Below, in pieces: positions 36,283 to 46,698 of a stretch of DNA of 64,000 nt. Position 1 is the stretch's first letter. Each line of letters starts with the position of its first letter. Both the position numbers and the translations under genes were made by a program. Under the pieces are notes generated by a model. The model saw only the letters and a program-made list of their open reading frames with translations. It made no database searches and was not told the origin of the DNA. Source of the DNA: an uncultured Phycisphaerales bacterium (GTDB lineage Bacteria; Planctomycetota; Phycisphaerae; Sedimentisphaerales; Anaerobacaceae); assembly GCA_963718665.1 (NCBI GenBank), contig OY970359.1:2240001-2304000 (forward strand), read 5' to 3'.

Positions 36283-37503
36283 ATGGCGAAGAAAGAAAAG
36301 GTAGTATTGGCGTATAGCGGCGGGCTGGATACGAGCGTTATTTTGCCCTGGCTGAAAGAGACGTATGGTTATGATACAATCGCGTTCGCGGTGGACTTGG
36401 GGCAGGGCGATGAGCTTTCGGGTATAAAGAAGAAGGCGCTCGCAAGCGGCGCATCGAAATGTATCGTCAAGGATTTGCGAAAGGAGTTCGTCGAGGAATA
36501 CCTCTGGCGGCTGCTAAAATCCGGGGCGATTTATGAAAATGGATATTTACTCGGGACGAGCATTGCGCGTCCCCTGATTGCAAAATATCAGGTTGACGTT
36601 GCTCACGCGGAAGGGGCTATGGGCGTTGCTCACGGTGCGACAGGCAAGGGCAATGACCAGGTGCGTTTCGAGCTGACGTATATGGCGCTTGACCCGACGC
36701 TGAAAATCATCGCGCCGTGGAAAGACCCTAATTTTAAATTGACCAGTCGCGAGGCGGCGGTTGATTACGCGAATAAGCACGGGATACCGATTGACCAGAG
36801 CAAAAAGAAGATATATTCGCGCGACCGGAATATCTGGCACATCAGCCACGAAGGTGCGGACCTCGAAGACCCGGCGAATGAGCCGAAAGATGAGCTGTGG
36901 GTGATGTCAGAGCCGGTTTCGAAGGCGCCAAATAAGCCGGATTACGTGGAGATTGGTTTTGAGCAGGGCGTTCCTGTTAAATTGGACGGCAAAGCGACCG
37001 ATAGTGTGAAGCTTCTTGAAACGCTGAACGAAATTGGCGGCAAGCACGCGGTGGGGCAGATTGATTTGGTCGAGAACCGTTTAGTCGGAATGAAATCGCG
37101 CGGGGCATACGAGACGCCAGGCGGGACGATTTTGATGACGGCTCACAAGTCGCTGGAGACGCTGACGCTCGACCGCGAGACGGCACACTATAAGCAACAG
37201 GTATCGCTGAAATACGCGGAGATGGTTTACTATGGCCAGTGGTTCTGTCAGTTGCGCGAGGCGCTCGACGCCTTTATCGATGTTACTCAGCAAAACGTTA
37301 CAGGCACGGTGCGGGTGAAACTTTTCAAGGGCCGGTGCACGCCTGCGGGAGTGAAAAGCCCGTTCAGCTTGTATAGCGGCGCTTTAGCCAGCTTCAAAAT
37401 GGGCGCGGAATACAACCAGACCGACGCGATTGGTTTTATTCGGCTGTTTGGTTTGCCGATGCAGGTTGCGGGCGCGGTGCGCAGGAATACTAAAAAGAAA
37501 TAA
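36283..37503 (+). CDS. argG: Argininosuccinate synthase
   Basis: LAYSGGLDTS, HGATGKGNDQVRFE, ENRLVGMKSRG.YETP. Confidence 0.97.
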   Translation: MAKKEKVVLAYSGGLDTSVILPWLKETYGYDTIAFAVDLGQGDELSGIKKKALASGASKCIVKDLRKEFVEEYLWRLLKSGAIYENGYLLGTSIARPLIAKYQVDVAHAEGAMGVAHGATGKGNDQVRFELTYMALDPTLKIIAPWKDPNFKLTSREAAVDYANKHGIPIDQSKKKIYSRDRNIWHISHEGADLEDPANEPKDELWVMSEPVSKAPNKPDYVEIGFEQGVPVKLDGKATDSVKLLETLNEIGGKHAVGQIDLVENRLVGMKSRGAYETPGGTILMTAHKSLETLTLDRETAHYKQQVSLKYAEMVYYGQWFCQLREALDAFIDVTQQNVTGTVRVKLFKGRCTPAGVKSPFSLYSGALASFKMGAEYNQTDAIGFIRLFGLPMQVAGAVRRNTKKK

Positions 37504-37520
37504 GCAGTGAGCGGCGATAA

Positions 37521-38765
37521 ATGCAGGGAAGCGAAATAGTAATGCCGATGTGGTTCTGGATAGTATTTCTTTTTGCTATCGGCTGTTGCGTCGGCAGTTT
37601 TTTGAACGTCGTTGTTTATCGGGTTCCTCGCGATAAGTCGCTCGTAAAGCCAGCGTCGGCATGCCCGTCCTGTGGAAAGCACATTCGGTTTTACGATAAC
37701 ATACCGCTTTTTTCCTGGCTGGTTTTGGGGGGCAGATGCCGGTATTGCAAGACGCGGATTTCGCCGAGGTATTTTGTTATCGAGATGCTGACGGGCCTTG
37801 TTTTTGTCGGCACATTTTTTCTTTTCTTTAATTCCGGATTGCGTCACGGGATACCGGCGTTTTTATCAGGCGGCTGGATTCTGTACCTGATTTCCGTTGT
37901 TATGCTTTCCGCGCTTATCGCGTGCTCGGCGATTGACCTGGAGATGTGGATTATCCCGTTGTCTATCTGCTGGTTCGCAACTGCGGGGGGGCTGATTGGC
38001 GGGGCGGTTGCGCCACTGCTCATTCATCCGGCGACCATTCGCCATTATTTCCTGCTGCCTACAACCACCGATTTAATATTTGTCAACCATACCACGGTTG
38101 CCTCTTTGTCCGTTGGGGCGACAATCGGGCTGGGCATATCGATGTTGCTGCTGGTAACGGGAATTATAAAGAGAAGTTACGATTTTTCCGGGATTCAGGA
38201 TTTGTCTGAAAATTCTCAAAATTCTGAAAAGCCGACCGGCTCATCCCCTCAACCGGGTTTGGGGCAGGATAATTCGTCCTCTGATGTGGAGTTTAATGAC
38301 CGCATTGAGATGTTACGGGAAATGCTTTTTCTGCTTCCCATAATCGTATGCGCGCTGGCTGTTAACCGGCTTTTGGGCGGGTATTCGCCGCTGCATCATT
38401 GGTGGGTGGTTTTTTCGCAAAGGCCTGTCGTTGAAGGGTTTATGGGAAGTTTGGTGGGGTATTTTGTGGGCTGTGCGGTTGTCTGGGCGACGCGGATTTT
38501 TGGCACACTGGCATTCGGGAAGGAGGCGATGGGGTTAGGCGACGTTCATTTGATGGGTGCGGCAGGGACTGTAATCGGGCCTTTGTTTATAATTATCGCT
38601 TTTTTTGTTGCGCCGTTTTTCGGACTTATTTGGGCGGCGGTGCAAATGTTTTCAAAAAAAACCAGGCAAATTCCTTATGGTCCCTTCTTGTCAATGGGAA
38701 TAGTTGTTGCTATGATTTTTCACAATGGTATTATTGACTATCTGAAAGTTGTGTTTGGCAGATAA
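37521..38765 (+). CDS. pilD: Prepilin peptidase (A24)
   Basis: [16 protein letters not shown]...CRYC zinc motif, [19 protein letters not shown]. Confidence 0.88.
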   Translation: MQGSEIVMPMWFWIVFLFAIGCCVGSFLNVVVYRVPRDKSLVKPASACPSCGKHIRFYDNIPLFSWLVLGGRCRYCKTRISPRYFVIEMLTGLVFVGTFFLFFNSGLRHGIPAFLSGGWILYLISVVMLSALIACSAIDLEMWIIPLSICWFATAGGLIGGAVAPLLIHPATIRHYFLLPTTTDLIFVNHTTVASLSVGATIGLGISMLLLVTGIIKRSYDFSGIQDLSENSQNSEKPTGSSPQPGLGQDNSSSDVEFNDRIEMLREMLFLLPIIVCALAVNRLLGGYSPLHHWWVVFSQRPVVEGFMGSLVGYFVGCAVVWATRIFGTLAFGKEAMGLGDVHLMGAAGTVIGPLFIIIAFFVAPFFGLIWAAVQMFSKKTRQIPYGPFLSMGIVVAMIFHNGIIDYLKVVFGR

Positions 38766-38803
38766 GAAAGGAATCGCTTTAATATTTTTAAGGAGGCACA
38801 GAA

Positions 38804-39463
38804 ATGCAGTTTACAAAGAGCAAAGTGGCGTTACTGGTTGCATTAATAGCTGTTACGATGTTATCCGGCTGCACCGACTGGAAAAAGAAATCCGATGCGC
38901 TGAACGTCGAGAACCAGAATACAAAAGGATTGCTGGAACGTGAGAAGGCGGAAAATAGCCAGATGGCCGACCAGCTCGCGAAAGACCAGCAGACCATTCA
39001 GGACCTGCAAAAACAGATTGTTGAAAGGAAGAGGAGCCCCGCTGACGCGACCGGATTCGGCGAGGGTTACGATGTGAGCTTCGATGCGAATGCCGGGACG
39101 ATTACGGTAACACTTCCGAACGCGATTTTGTTTGACCCGGGCAAGGCCACGCTGAAGGGCGCTACAAGTAAAGAGCTTGACCATATTTATTCGGTGCTGA
39201 AGGCCAAATACCCCGGCAGGCATATTGAAGTGGCGGGACATACTGATTCTGACCCGATCAAGAAATCAAACTGGAAGGACAACCTGGAGCTTTCCTCGCA
39301 GCGCGCGATGGCGGTTGCCAGATACCTTAAAGAAAAAGGTATTGCTGAGAACAAGATTGCGGCGACCGGCTATGGCGAAGGAAGACCAATCGCGACGAAT
39401 TCAACAGCGGCAGGCAAACAGAAAAACCGCAGGGTTGAAATTGTTGTTCATATGATGAAATAA
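38804..39463 (+). CDS. OmpA/MotB-family peptidoglycan-binding lipoprotein
   Basis: Lipobox LSGC, coiled coil, GHTDSDP, NLELSSQRA, NRRVEI. Confidence 0.9.
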   Translation: MQFTKSKVALLVALIAVTMLSGCTDWKKKSDALNVENQNTKGLLEREKAENSQMADQLAKDQQTIQDLQKQIVERKRSPADATGFGEGYDVSFDANAGTITVTLPNAILFDPGKATLKGATSKELDHIYSVLKAKYPGRHIEVAGHTDSDPIKKSNWKDNLELSSQRAMAVARYLKEKGIAENKIAATGYGEGRPIATNSTAAGKQKNRRVEIVVHMMK

Positions 39464-39500
39464 CACAATCGGCCTGTTGCTGAAAATCTGCAGGATTACC

Positions 39501-39536
39501 AAAGCAGCCCGTTAATAAGCGGGCTGCTTTTCTTTT
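39501..39536 (+). terminator. Rho-independent terminator between the convergent ompA-like and comEC genes
   Basis: AAAGCAGCCCG-loop-CGGGCTGCTTTTCTTTT. Confidence 0.7.
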
Positions 39537-42091
39537 GCGGTTGTATTGATAATTCCCTGTTTATTTATACAGACAGTTATAGCCCCGTTTTTTCCGGTGT
39601 AGTACGATTTCAGTCCCGACCGCGGCCCGATGACCTGTCTTTTTTCATAAGAAGATTCGCTGCAACTTGCGATGGTAACAGCCGCGCCTATTTGGTCTAT
39701 GAATGTCGGCTCAGTGGTTTTGGCGGAGCCGTGGTGGGGCATTATTAAGACGTCGGCTTTGAGGTCAGGATACAGCCGGAAGATTTCATTTTGCGCAAGT
39801 TTTTCGATATCTGAAGTCGCGAGTATTTTCCTGCCAGCGTAATCAATCATCATCACAACTGATTTGTTATTTGCGTTGATTTTGTCGTCTTCATAAATTG
39901 CTTTATTTGGCCAGATGAGTTTGACTGTTGCCGGGCTGGTTATTGGAATTTTGTCTTCTACCGGTTTTATCTTAATACCTTTTCGTAGCAGTTCTTCACG
40001 GAGCAATTTAACTGTGGCTTTATTTTTTTGGTTTTCAGAGGAAAGGTCATCTGAGTAAATAGCATTTGTTTTACAGTTATCCAGCGTTTCGAGCAGGCCG
40101 TTAATGTGGTCGATCTCGGGATGGCTTATCACAACGGCGTCGATTGTTCTTATGCCGCTGTATCGCAGGAATGGCGTCACAACTCTTGTTCCCACGTCGC
40201 TTCTGCTCAATGAGCCGGCGTCGAACAGGATATTGACCCCACCCGGCAGTTGGGCCAGTATTGCCTGGCCGTGGCCTACGTCGAGAACTGTAACGGTTAG
40301 ATTATCCCCGTGCGTCCTTTGCCACCAGGGCAGCGCCAGCGAGACGACGAGTATGATGGTTGCTGTTACGCAAATGATATTTTTGAGTACCTGTCGGCGC
40401 AGGGGGAAGAAGAACGTGAGTATTGTCAATGTGTAGAATAATAAAATCACCGCGATGTTTGTTTTTCCCGTGAGCATTTCGGATATGTTCAGACCTGCGA
40501 AAAGTTTGACAATCCAAATCAGTAAATTTGACAGCCAGTTAATTATTATTCCCATCACCGCGGAAACGCTCGGCAAAAAGAACGCCACAATCAGTTTCAG
40601 GTATCCTAAAAGAGATATCAGTCCAATGAGCGGAGATACGAGCACCGTCCAGATGGTGGTGAGATACTGGATGCCGTAGAAGTGATACAACAGTATGCCG
40701 ACGTTTGCGAACCATGCGGCTAAACTTACTGCGAAGGCAGATGTGATAAGTGATACGATTTCAAAAATAACCCGGCTTGTCAGGTTTCGTTTTTCCGGCT
40801 CGGCGAACCAGCCGGAAGTTGTTTCGGTGAGGAAGTTTTGAACTGGTTTTGAAAACAGCAGGATGCCGAGGACTGAGACGAAAGAGAGCTGCCAGTCCGC
40901 CTGGAAGATACCTGTGGGTTTCATAAGCAGCAGGACGACAGCCGACAGGGCGAGAGAATTGAAAGGATTAGACCTTCGGCGGAATATGAACGAAGCGCAA
41001 AACGCGAAGCATATTACCGCGGCCCGTAATGCAGGCGCATTTTCCGGGACAACCATCAGGAAAAGTACGGCGGCAATAGTGCAAACAATCGCGCGGCCCG
41101 GCTTCATAAGGCCGGCGGTTTTGCAAACCCACCAGACGAATCCAATCACCATCGCAAAATTCATCCCCGAAAGGCAAACAAAGTGCAGCAAACCCGTTTT
41201 GCGAAAGGCGTTATAAGTTTCTTTGTCGATATTTGTCCTGTAACCCAGGACAAGGGCGAGGAGCAAGCTTTCCGATTGGTCCCGCGGATATGGTCCGCCC
41301 AAAAGCGAGTTAACAGCAATCCTGCTCAACCAAGATTTTGCTTTGGTATATAGCCCTGTGGTGCTGGCGCCGTTGCTTAATAGTTCGATTGCCTGTCTTG
41401 AATCTGCTGAGCCGGCGACAAAGACGCCATTGCGAGCCATATATTTGGCCATATCAAACTCGCCGGGATTGGCGGGGCCGTCAAATTTGTTCAGGATACA
41501 ATATATTTGGACACGGTCACCTTCCCGCAGGTCGAAAATCGGTTCATTGACCCTTACCCGGACAAGTCCGCTTGTTTTTACCCAGCCGGTGGTCGCTTCT
41601 GCTTCGGTAAGTTCCAGGTAAAAACTGCTGCTCTGGTCGGTGGGTGTGAATTTTGAGAATTTCCAGTCGTTGCTGTCGATATACGGCTCGGTAACAATCA
41701 CGCCTCGCACAGTTGCCAGGTTCGGCTTGCTGCCTACGAGATTTCGGATATCATTCGGCGGTGCGCTATTGAAGCTTGCCATGCGAATTGCTCCGAGACA
41801 GATGAAAAGGATAACTGTAAGGAAAGGTAGCGTAACGAGATTTTTTGTTCTCATCACGGGCCATATAATAAAAAGTACAGGTAACCCGATTAGTATTGCC
41901 GCGAAGGTTATCAGCAACGAAGACCAAACCTGAATCGGTGCGGGCAAATGGTCTTGTATGATTATTCCGGCAATGAGGCCAATAGCACAGAATACAAGCG
42001 GGGCTGTGCTGACGCTTTGCTTATAGTAATATGCCGGGCCTCGGTCGAACTGCCTGTCGATTTCCGCCAATTTTTGCTGTATGTTGTCCAA
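39512..42091 (-). CDS. comEC: DNA internalization competence protein ComEC/Rec2
   Basis: OB-like N-terminal region, GLLHFVCLSG, WQLSF, LDVGHGQA, SHPEIDHING, HHGS. Confidence 0.92.
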   Translation of the reverse strand: MDNIQQKLAEIDRQFDRGPAYYYKQSVSTAPLVFCAIGLIAGIIIQDHLPAPIQVWSSLLITFAAILIGLPVLFIIWPVMRTKNLVTLPFLTVILFICLGAIRMASFNSAPPNDIRNLVGSKPNLATVRGVIVTEPYIDSNDWKFSKFTPTDQSSSFYLELTEAEATTGWVKTSGLVRVRVNEPIFDLREGDRVQIYCILNKFDGPANPGEFDMAKYMARNGVFVAGSADSRQAIELLSNGASTTGLYTKAKSWLSRIAVNSLLGGPYPRDQSESLLLALVLGYRTNIDKETYNAFRKTGLLHFVCLSGMNFAMVIGFVWWVCKTAGLMKPGRAIVCTIAAVLFLMVVPENAPALRAAVICFAFCASFIFRRRSNPFNSLALSAVVLLLMKPTGIFQADWQLSFVSVLGILLFSKPVQNFLTETTSGWFAEPEKRNLTSRVIFEIVSLITSAFAVSLAAWFANVGILLYHFYGIQYLTTIWTVLVSPLIGLISLLGYLKLIVAFFLPSVSAVMGIIINWLSNLLIWIVKLFAGLNISEMLTGKTNIAVILLFYTLTILTFFFPLRRQVLKNIICVTATIILVVSLALPWWQRTHGDNLTVTVLDVGHGQAILAQLPGGVNILFDAGSLSRSDVGTRVVTPFLRYSGIRTIDAVVISHPEIDHINGLLETLDNCKTNAIYSDDLSSENQKNKATVKLLREELLRKGIKIKPVEDKIPITSPATVKLIWPNKAIYEDDKINANNKSVVMMIDYAGRKILATSDIEKLAQNEIFRLYPDLKADVLIMPHHGSAKTTEPTFIDQIGAAVTIASCSESSYEKRQVIGPRSGLKSYYTGKNGAITVCINKQGIINTTAKEKQPAY

Positions 42092-42183
42092 GTTCTCATC
42101 TTCCTAATAATTTATGGAAGTTTGGAAGGGTGTTTATAACCGGATATATTCCTTCAGTTTAAAGTTTGCTTCCGTTGTCGCCT

Positions 42184-43605
42184 CTATTTGTTTGCCGGCA
42201 AAATCGTCCACGGCTGGGGGGGCAAATTCGGCAAATATCCTTTGAGTCGGCTGTACTGGGGATGCTCGGTTAGAAAATCCACCGAGTTGAAATCCCTGTC
42301 GCAGGAGCTGCCCCATTTGGCCCATAGCTGCCAGTTCTTAGCCATTTTGGAATCGACAACCTTGCCGTCGATTGCACCACTGGGTCTATATGGTCCTCCG
42401 CTTGCCGGCACGGAACCATCGTCCAGCTCAGAGTGCCCGCATATGGTCCTCGATGACCGGTTTTCTTTTTTCAGGTAAACGTCATAATGGTCAGCCAGCA
42501 GAGTTTTGGCGATATCTGCGGTTATCCTGCCGTAATTTTCCTTCATAAGCTGTTCCCAGCGGACCCGCCTTGAAACGCATGGATTTCTTACATCGTCATA
42601 AGTAGCGCTTGTTTCTTTCCTTAAAATCTTTAGGTCCTCCGCGACGTTTGAGCCGGTGAAGTACCCATTGGTTTTTTTCTCGAGGTTATGATATTTCAGT
42701 CCAAGCTCCAGCCGGGCGATTTCGCCTGTATTTATATCACCGATTAACCATGAGTTGGCGTAGGCGCCGCTGTTTTTGTCAATCATTATCTTTGCCCACT
42801 CATTGATGTCACCGGCATACTGCATTGCCTTTCTTGCCCGCTCAAAAACGGGCGTGCCTTTGGCGTCAAATCCCTTGAAGCCGCCGATGGTGGTCTCAGT
42901 GCCAATCAGGCCCGCTGAGGTTATAAAAAAATCCGTCGCGCTGTATATGCAGGGCCCCCACGTCTGCATCAGTATGCGATTACCCTTCTGGGGGATGATA
43001 TCCACGATAATATTACAGAACTGCAGTTCCGTATACGAGGCCCATGAGTCGTGCGCCATCACTATGGAGCCATCTGCTGTGGCATCCCCTGTGGCTATAA
43101 ACGCGCTGCAGCCGGGGCCATCGCTGCGAATTTTATCTTTCTTCTGTGGATACCAGTACCACGCTATATCAATGAACCCGTTCATTAAAAGCATCTGGTC
43201 GTATGTTATCTCTTTGCCTGCCGCCCGTGCCCCAGCCGTCATACCCTGCATTTCCTCGACGTATTCCTTTGATACCTTGTCCTTGAATAACCTGGCTGCT
43301 GCCTTGACGAAGAAATCCAGTTTCTCACTTGTTTCAAACTCCTGCACGTATGCAAGCGTTTTGTTAAAGTCCTCTATTTCATTTGCCGTAAGATACCCGC
43401 GCTGAAATCCTCTTTCAAATGGAGCGCCCTCGATATGCAGAAAAATCCAGCCGTTTTTGTCATACCGGTATGCCTTGCTGAGCCATTGTTTTTGCTGCGA
43501 GGCGTTTTTGACATCCCCTTGCGATACGTTTACTGGTGAACACGATTGCATTAAAAAGGCAGATAACAACAGAAGACAAGCCAGGAATCGATTGTTTGTG
43601 CCCAT
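42184..43605 (-). CDS. Ntn-hydrolase lipoprotein (C45 peptidase / phospholipase B-like)
   Basis: Signal peptide ending MQSC; GCSAFIATG nucleophile motif; MAHDSW, ETTIGG, NSGAYANSW, GAIDGK. Confidence 0.75.
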   Translation of the reverse strand: MGTNNRFLACLLLLSAFLMQSCSPVNVSQGDVKNASQQKQWLSKAYRYDKNGWIFLHIEGAPFERGFQRGYLTANEIEDFNKTLAYVQEFETSEKLDFFVKAAARLFKDKVSKEYVEEMQGMTAGARAAGKEITYDQMLLMNGFIDIAWYWYPQKKDKIRSDGPGCSAFIATGDATADGSIVMAHDSWASYTELQFCNIIVDIIPQKGNRILMQTWGPCIYSATDFFITSAGLIGTETTIGGFKGFDAKGTPVFERARKAMQYAGDINEWAKIMIDKNSGAYANSWLIGDINTGEIARLELGLKYHNLEKKTNGYFTGSNVAEDLKILRKETSATYDDVRNPCVSRRVRWEQLMKENYGRITADIAKTLLADHYDVYLKKENRSSRTICGHSELDDGSVPASGGPYRPSGAIDGKVVDSKMAKNWQLWAKWGSSCDRDFNSVDFLTEHPQYSRLKGYLPNLPPQPWTILPANK

Positions 43606-43650
43606 ACTATTTATCTCCTTTTTCTGACTGGTTCAATTTCTGTCAGGCGA

Positions 43651-44067
43651 TTATAGCTGGATGTACTCTTTGGGCTTGAAGTTTGTCTCCATTGTCCAGG
43701 TGGTTGCCTTGCCGTGTTTGAGGCAGTAAACGACGAGGACATCGTAGCCCTCCTTATCGACCCATTCTTTCAAAAACGGGAAATCCTTTACGACCTGTTT
43801 TTTGAGCTCAAGGTCTTCAATTTCTTCAACCGAGCCGGAAATACGTATCTGGCGTCCCTCCGCGGCATTGTAGAAACACAGCTCAACATTTTCATTTTTT
43901 GAAAGCTGCCTGTGCAGGTCTTTGTTCTCGCCTGTATTAAATAGAATGCCATTTTCGTCTGCCCGGTAGAGCATCATCATCCGGACGTACGGCTTATTAT
44001 CCTCAGCCGTAGCCAGCGCAAAAACAGGATTTTTTTTGATTAGCTTGAAAACCTGTTCTTTTGTCAT
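43651..44067 (-). CDS. Pyridoxamine 5'-phosphate oxidase family (FMN-binding split barrel) protein
   Basis: LATAEDNKPYVR, K..QL..N.NVELCF, QIRISG. Confidence 0.85.
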   Translation of the reverse strand: MTKEQVFKLIKKNPVFALATAEDNKPYVRMMMLYRADENGILFNTGENKDLHRQLSKNENVELCFYNAAEGRQIRISGSVEEIEDLELKKQVVKDFPFLKEWVDKEGYDVLVVYCLKHGKATTWTMETNFKPKEYIQL

Positions 44068-44083
44068 CGCATTATTCTCCTGA

Positions 44084-45358
44084 TTATGATTTTGCGATTC
44101 GTTCCAGTCCGCCCATATAGGGCTGCAGGACCTTCGGCACCGTAATCGAGCCGTCGGCGTTCTGGTAAAGCTCCATGATTGGTATCAGGACTCGCGGGCT
44201 TGCGATGACGGTGTTATTAAGCGTGTGGCAGAAGAGGTTTTTCTTTGTCGCGGTGTCCTTGTATCGCAGGTTCATTCGCCGGGCCTGAAACTCGTAAAAT
44301 TTGCTAGCGCTGTGGGTTTCGCAGTAATTATTCCGCGAGGGCATCCATGCCTCGATATCGTATTTTTTCGCCTGGCCTCTGCCGAGGTCGCCCGTGCAGA
44401 CCGCGACGATGCGGTAGGGCAGCTCGAGGGCTCTCATTACGACTTCCGAATTGCTTAAAATTTCCTCGTGGAATTTGTTGCTTTCCTCAACGCTGTTTTT
44501 GCAGATTACGACCTGCTCGACCTTGTCGAACTGGTGAATTCTGTAAAGGCCATAGGTGTCTTTGCCCGCGGCGCCCGCCTCGCGTCTGAAACAGGTTGAC
44601 ATCCCCGCGAACTTAATGGGCAGCTCCTTTTCTTCCAGTATCTCGCCCATTCGATAAGCGGTCAGCGGCACTTCGGCTGTCCCCGCGAGATTGACCTCGT
44701 CTTTTTCCATTCGATAGGTCTGCTCTTCCGAGCCGGGGTAATATCCTGTTCCTCGCATCGCCTCATCGCGCATCAACAGCGGCACCGACATTGGCGTATA
44801 GCCCCGCGCAATCATCACATCCATAGCGAATTGCAGCACCGCCCAGTGCAATCTCGCGCCGTCGCCCTTGAGGAAATAACTTCGTGACCCCGCTAATTTT
44901 ACTCCACGCTCAATATCGATTATTCCGAGGTCAACGCCTAATTGAACGTGGTCTTTGGGCTTGAAATCGAATTTGCGAACCTGTCCTTCTCTTCTTAATT
45001 CGACGTTTTCCGTATCGTCTTTGCCAAGTGGTACTTCGTCATCCGCGGGCTGGGCGACAAGCAGCATCAGCGAATCTGCTTGCGGCTGTAACTGTTTTAC
45101 TTTTTCTTCGAATTGCGATTCGTCGGTCTTGAATTTGGCTAATTGGGCGAGAGCGTTTTGTTTTTCGTCGCCTGTGAGTTTGGGTATTGATTTGCCGACA
45201 CGATTTTTTTCTGTGGTGATTTCCTGCAAGCCCTTTTTGGCTGAGAGCAATTCTGCGTCAATCGCCATCAGCCGGTCGATATCAACCTCGATATTTTTGT
45301 TTTTCGCCGCCTGTTTGAATCGTTGCGGGTTTTCTCTTATTTCCTTGATATCAATCAT
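44084..45358 (-). CDS. serS: Serine--tRNA ligase
   Basis: N-terminal coiled coil, GTAEVPL, CFRREAG, RIHQFDKVEQ, HTLNNT. Confidence 0.97.
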   Translation of the reverse strand: MIDIKEIRENPQRFKQAAKNKNIEVDIDRLMAIDAELLSAKKGLQEITTEKNRVGKSIPKLTGDEKQNALAQLAKFKTDESQFEEKVKQLQPQADSLMLLVAQPADDEVPLGKDDTENVELRREGQVRKFDFKPKDHVQLGVDLGIIDIERGVKLAGSRSYFLKGDGARLHWAVLQFAMDVMIARGYTPMSVPLLMRDEAMRGTGYYPGSEEQTYRMEKDEVNLAGTAEVPLTAYRMGEILEEKELPIKFAGMSTCFRREAGAAGKDTYGLYRIHQFDKVEQVVICKNSVEESNKFHEEILSNSEVVMRALELPYRIVAVCTGDLGRGQAKKYDIEAWMPSRNNYCETHSASKFYEFQARRMNLRYKDTATKKNLFCHTLNNTVIASPRVLIPIMELYQNADGSITVPKVLQPYMGGLERIAKS

Positions 45359-45371
45359 TGTCTTTTCGCCT

Positions 45372-46694
45372 TTAGTCCCGATATTTTTTTACAATGACGA
45401 CGTTATTTTGGCCTCCGAAGCCGAATGACTCTTTCATTGCGATATTGACCTGCATTTTTCTCGGCGTGTTAGGGACATAATCCAAATCCAGCTGCGGGTC
45501 GGGGTCGTTGAGGTTTATTGTTGCGGGCACGGTACCATCGCGGATTGCAAGGACGCAGGTAATCAGTTCCGCGCCGCCGGCCGCGCCGATTAAATGGCCC
45601 ATCGAGCTTTTGATGCTGCTGACAACTATCTGTTTGGCGTGTTCTTTGAATACGGCTTTAATTGCCTTTGTTTCTATCGAATCGTTTTCCGCGGTGCTTG
45701 TGCCGTGGGCGTTGACGTAATTTACATCTTTATAAGTTAGACCAGCGTCCGCGATAGCCGCCTCCATTGCCTGAATCGCTCCGCGTCCTTCCTCGTGCAT
45801 ATCCGTAACTCGAAACGCGTCCGAGCTGCTGCCGTAGCCGATGATTTCCGCGAGTATTTTTACGCCGCGTTTTTTCGCGGAGGTCAAGCTTTCCAGTATC
45901 ACAATCGCCGCGCCTTCGCCCAAGACGAATCCGTCCCTGCTGGCGGTGAATGGTCTCGATGCGGTCTGCGGGCTGTCGTTTCTTTTCGATAGGGCAGTGA
46001 GCCGATTAAAGCCTGTCTGTCCCAATGGGTGAATCATCGAATGTGCGCCGCCCGCAATCATAATATCGGCGTCGCCCCTGCGAATAGTCATTGTCGCTTC
46101 GCCGGTTGCCTGGGTACTTGCCGCGCAGGCGGTCAGGCAGCTTCGTATTGGTCCTCTTGCGCCGGTGAGCATCGACAAATGCGCCGCGGGCATATTCGCT
46201 TCCTGCTCCAGCTCGTGCATTGCTCTCATTTGCACCGCCGCGACGTCGGTCCACTTTGTCCAGTCCATAACATTTGTCTGGTTATCCCAGCCCGCCGCGA
46301 TTGCGCCGAAGAATGCCTCGTGATTTGCCGCACCTTCGCCCGCGCCGAGATAAATTCCGATTCGTTTGCGGTCGATACCGTCTGTCGGGTTTTCGGTTTC
46401 GACGTTTATGCCCGCTTGTCTGCACGCCTGTACTGCCGCGCCGACGGCGAATTTGCTTCCACGATTGCCGTTTTTATGCAGGTCGTGATTTTTTACGAAC
46501 TTCGCGACGTCGTAATTTTTCACTTCTGCGCTGAAAGTTGTCGGGAAGGTCGAGGCATCGAAAATAGTTGTTTTTGCGACGCCGCTTTTGCCTGCCAGGA
46601 CTGCCTGCCACATTGTTTCAATATCGTGTCCCAGCGGGCAAACTATGCCCATTCCGGTAATTACGACACGCTCTTTTTTTTCATTTTGTATCAT
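45372..46694 (-). CDS. fabF: Beta-ketoacyl-ACP synthase (FabF-like, intact Cys-His-His)
   Basis: RVVITGMG, LTACAAST, NAHGTST, KSSMGHLIGAAG, SFGFGGQN. Confidence 0.88.
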   Translation of the reverse strand: MIQNEKKERVVITGMGIVCPLGHDIETMWQAVLAGKSGVAKTTIFDASTFPTTFSAEVKNYDVAKFVKNHDLHKNGNRGSKFAVGAAVQACRQAGINVETENPTDGIDRKRIGIYLGAGEGAANHEAFFGAIAAGWDNQTNVMDWTKWTDVAAVQMRAMHELEQEANMPAAHLSMLTGARGPIRSCLTACAASTQATGEATMTIRRGDADIMIAGGAHSMIHPLGQTGFNRLTALSKRNDSPQTASRPFTASRDGFVLGEGAAIVILESLTSAKKRGVKILAEIIGYGSSSDAFRVTDMHEEGRGAIQAMEAAIADAGLTYKDVNYVNAHGTSTAENDSIETKAIKAVFKEHAKQIVVSSIKSSMGHLIGAAGGAELITCVLAIRDGTVPATINLNDPDPQLDLDYVPNTPRKMQVNIAMKESFGFGGQNNVVIVKKYRD

Positions 46695-46698
46695 TATT

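Noticed and set aside
24202..42091. pilT, prepilin peptidase and comEC as one competence island
   Set aside because: Scattered over 18 kb among unrelated housekeeping genes on different strands; an ordinary dispersed arrangement.
44084..45358. serS 13 bp downstream of the KS gene as a dedicated biosynthetic aminoacyl-transfer enzyme
   Set aside because: Full-length canonical SerRS with tRNA-binding coiled coil; a housekeeping role is the simpler explanation.
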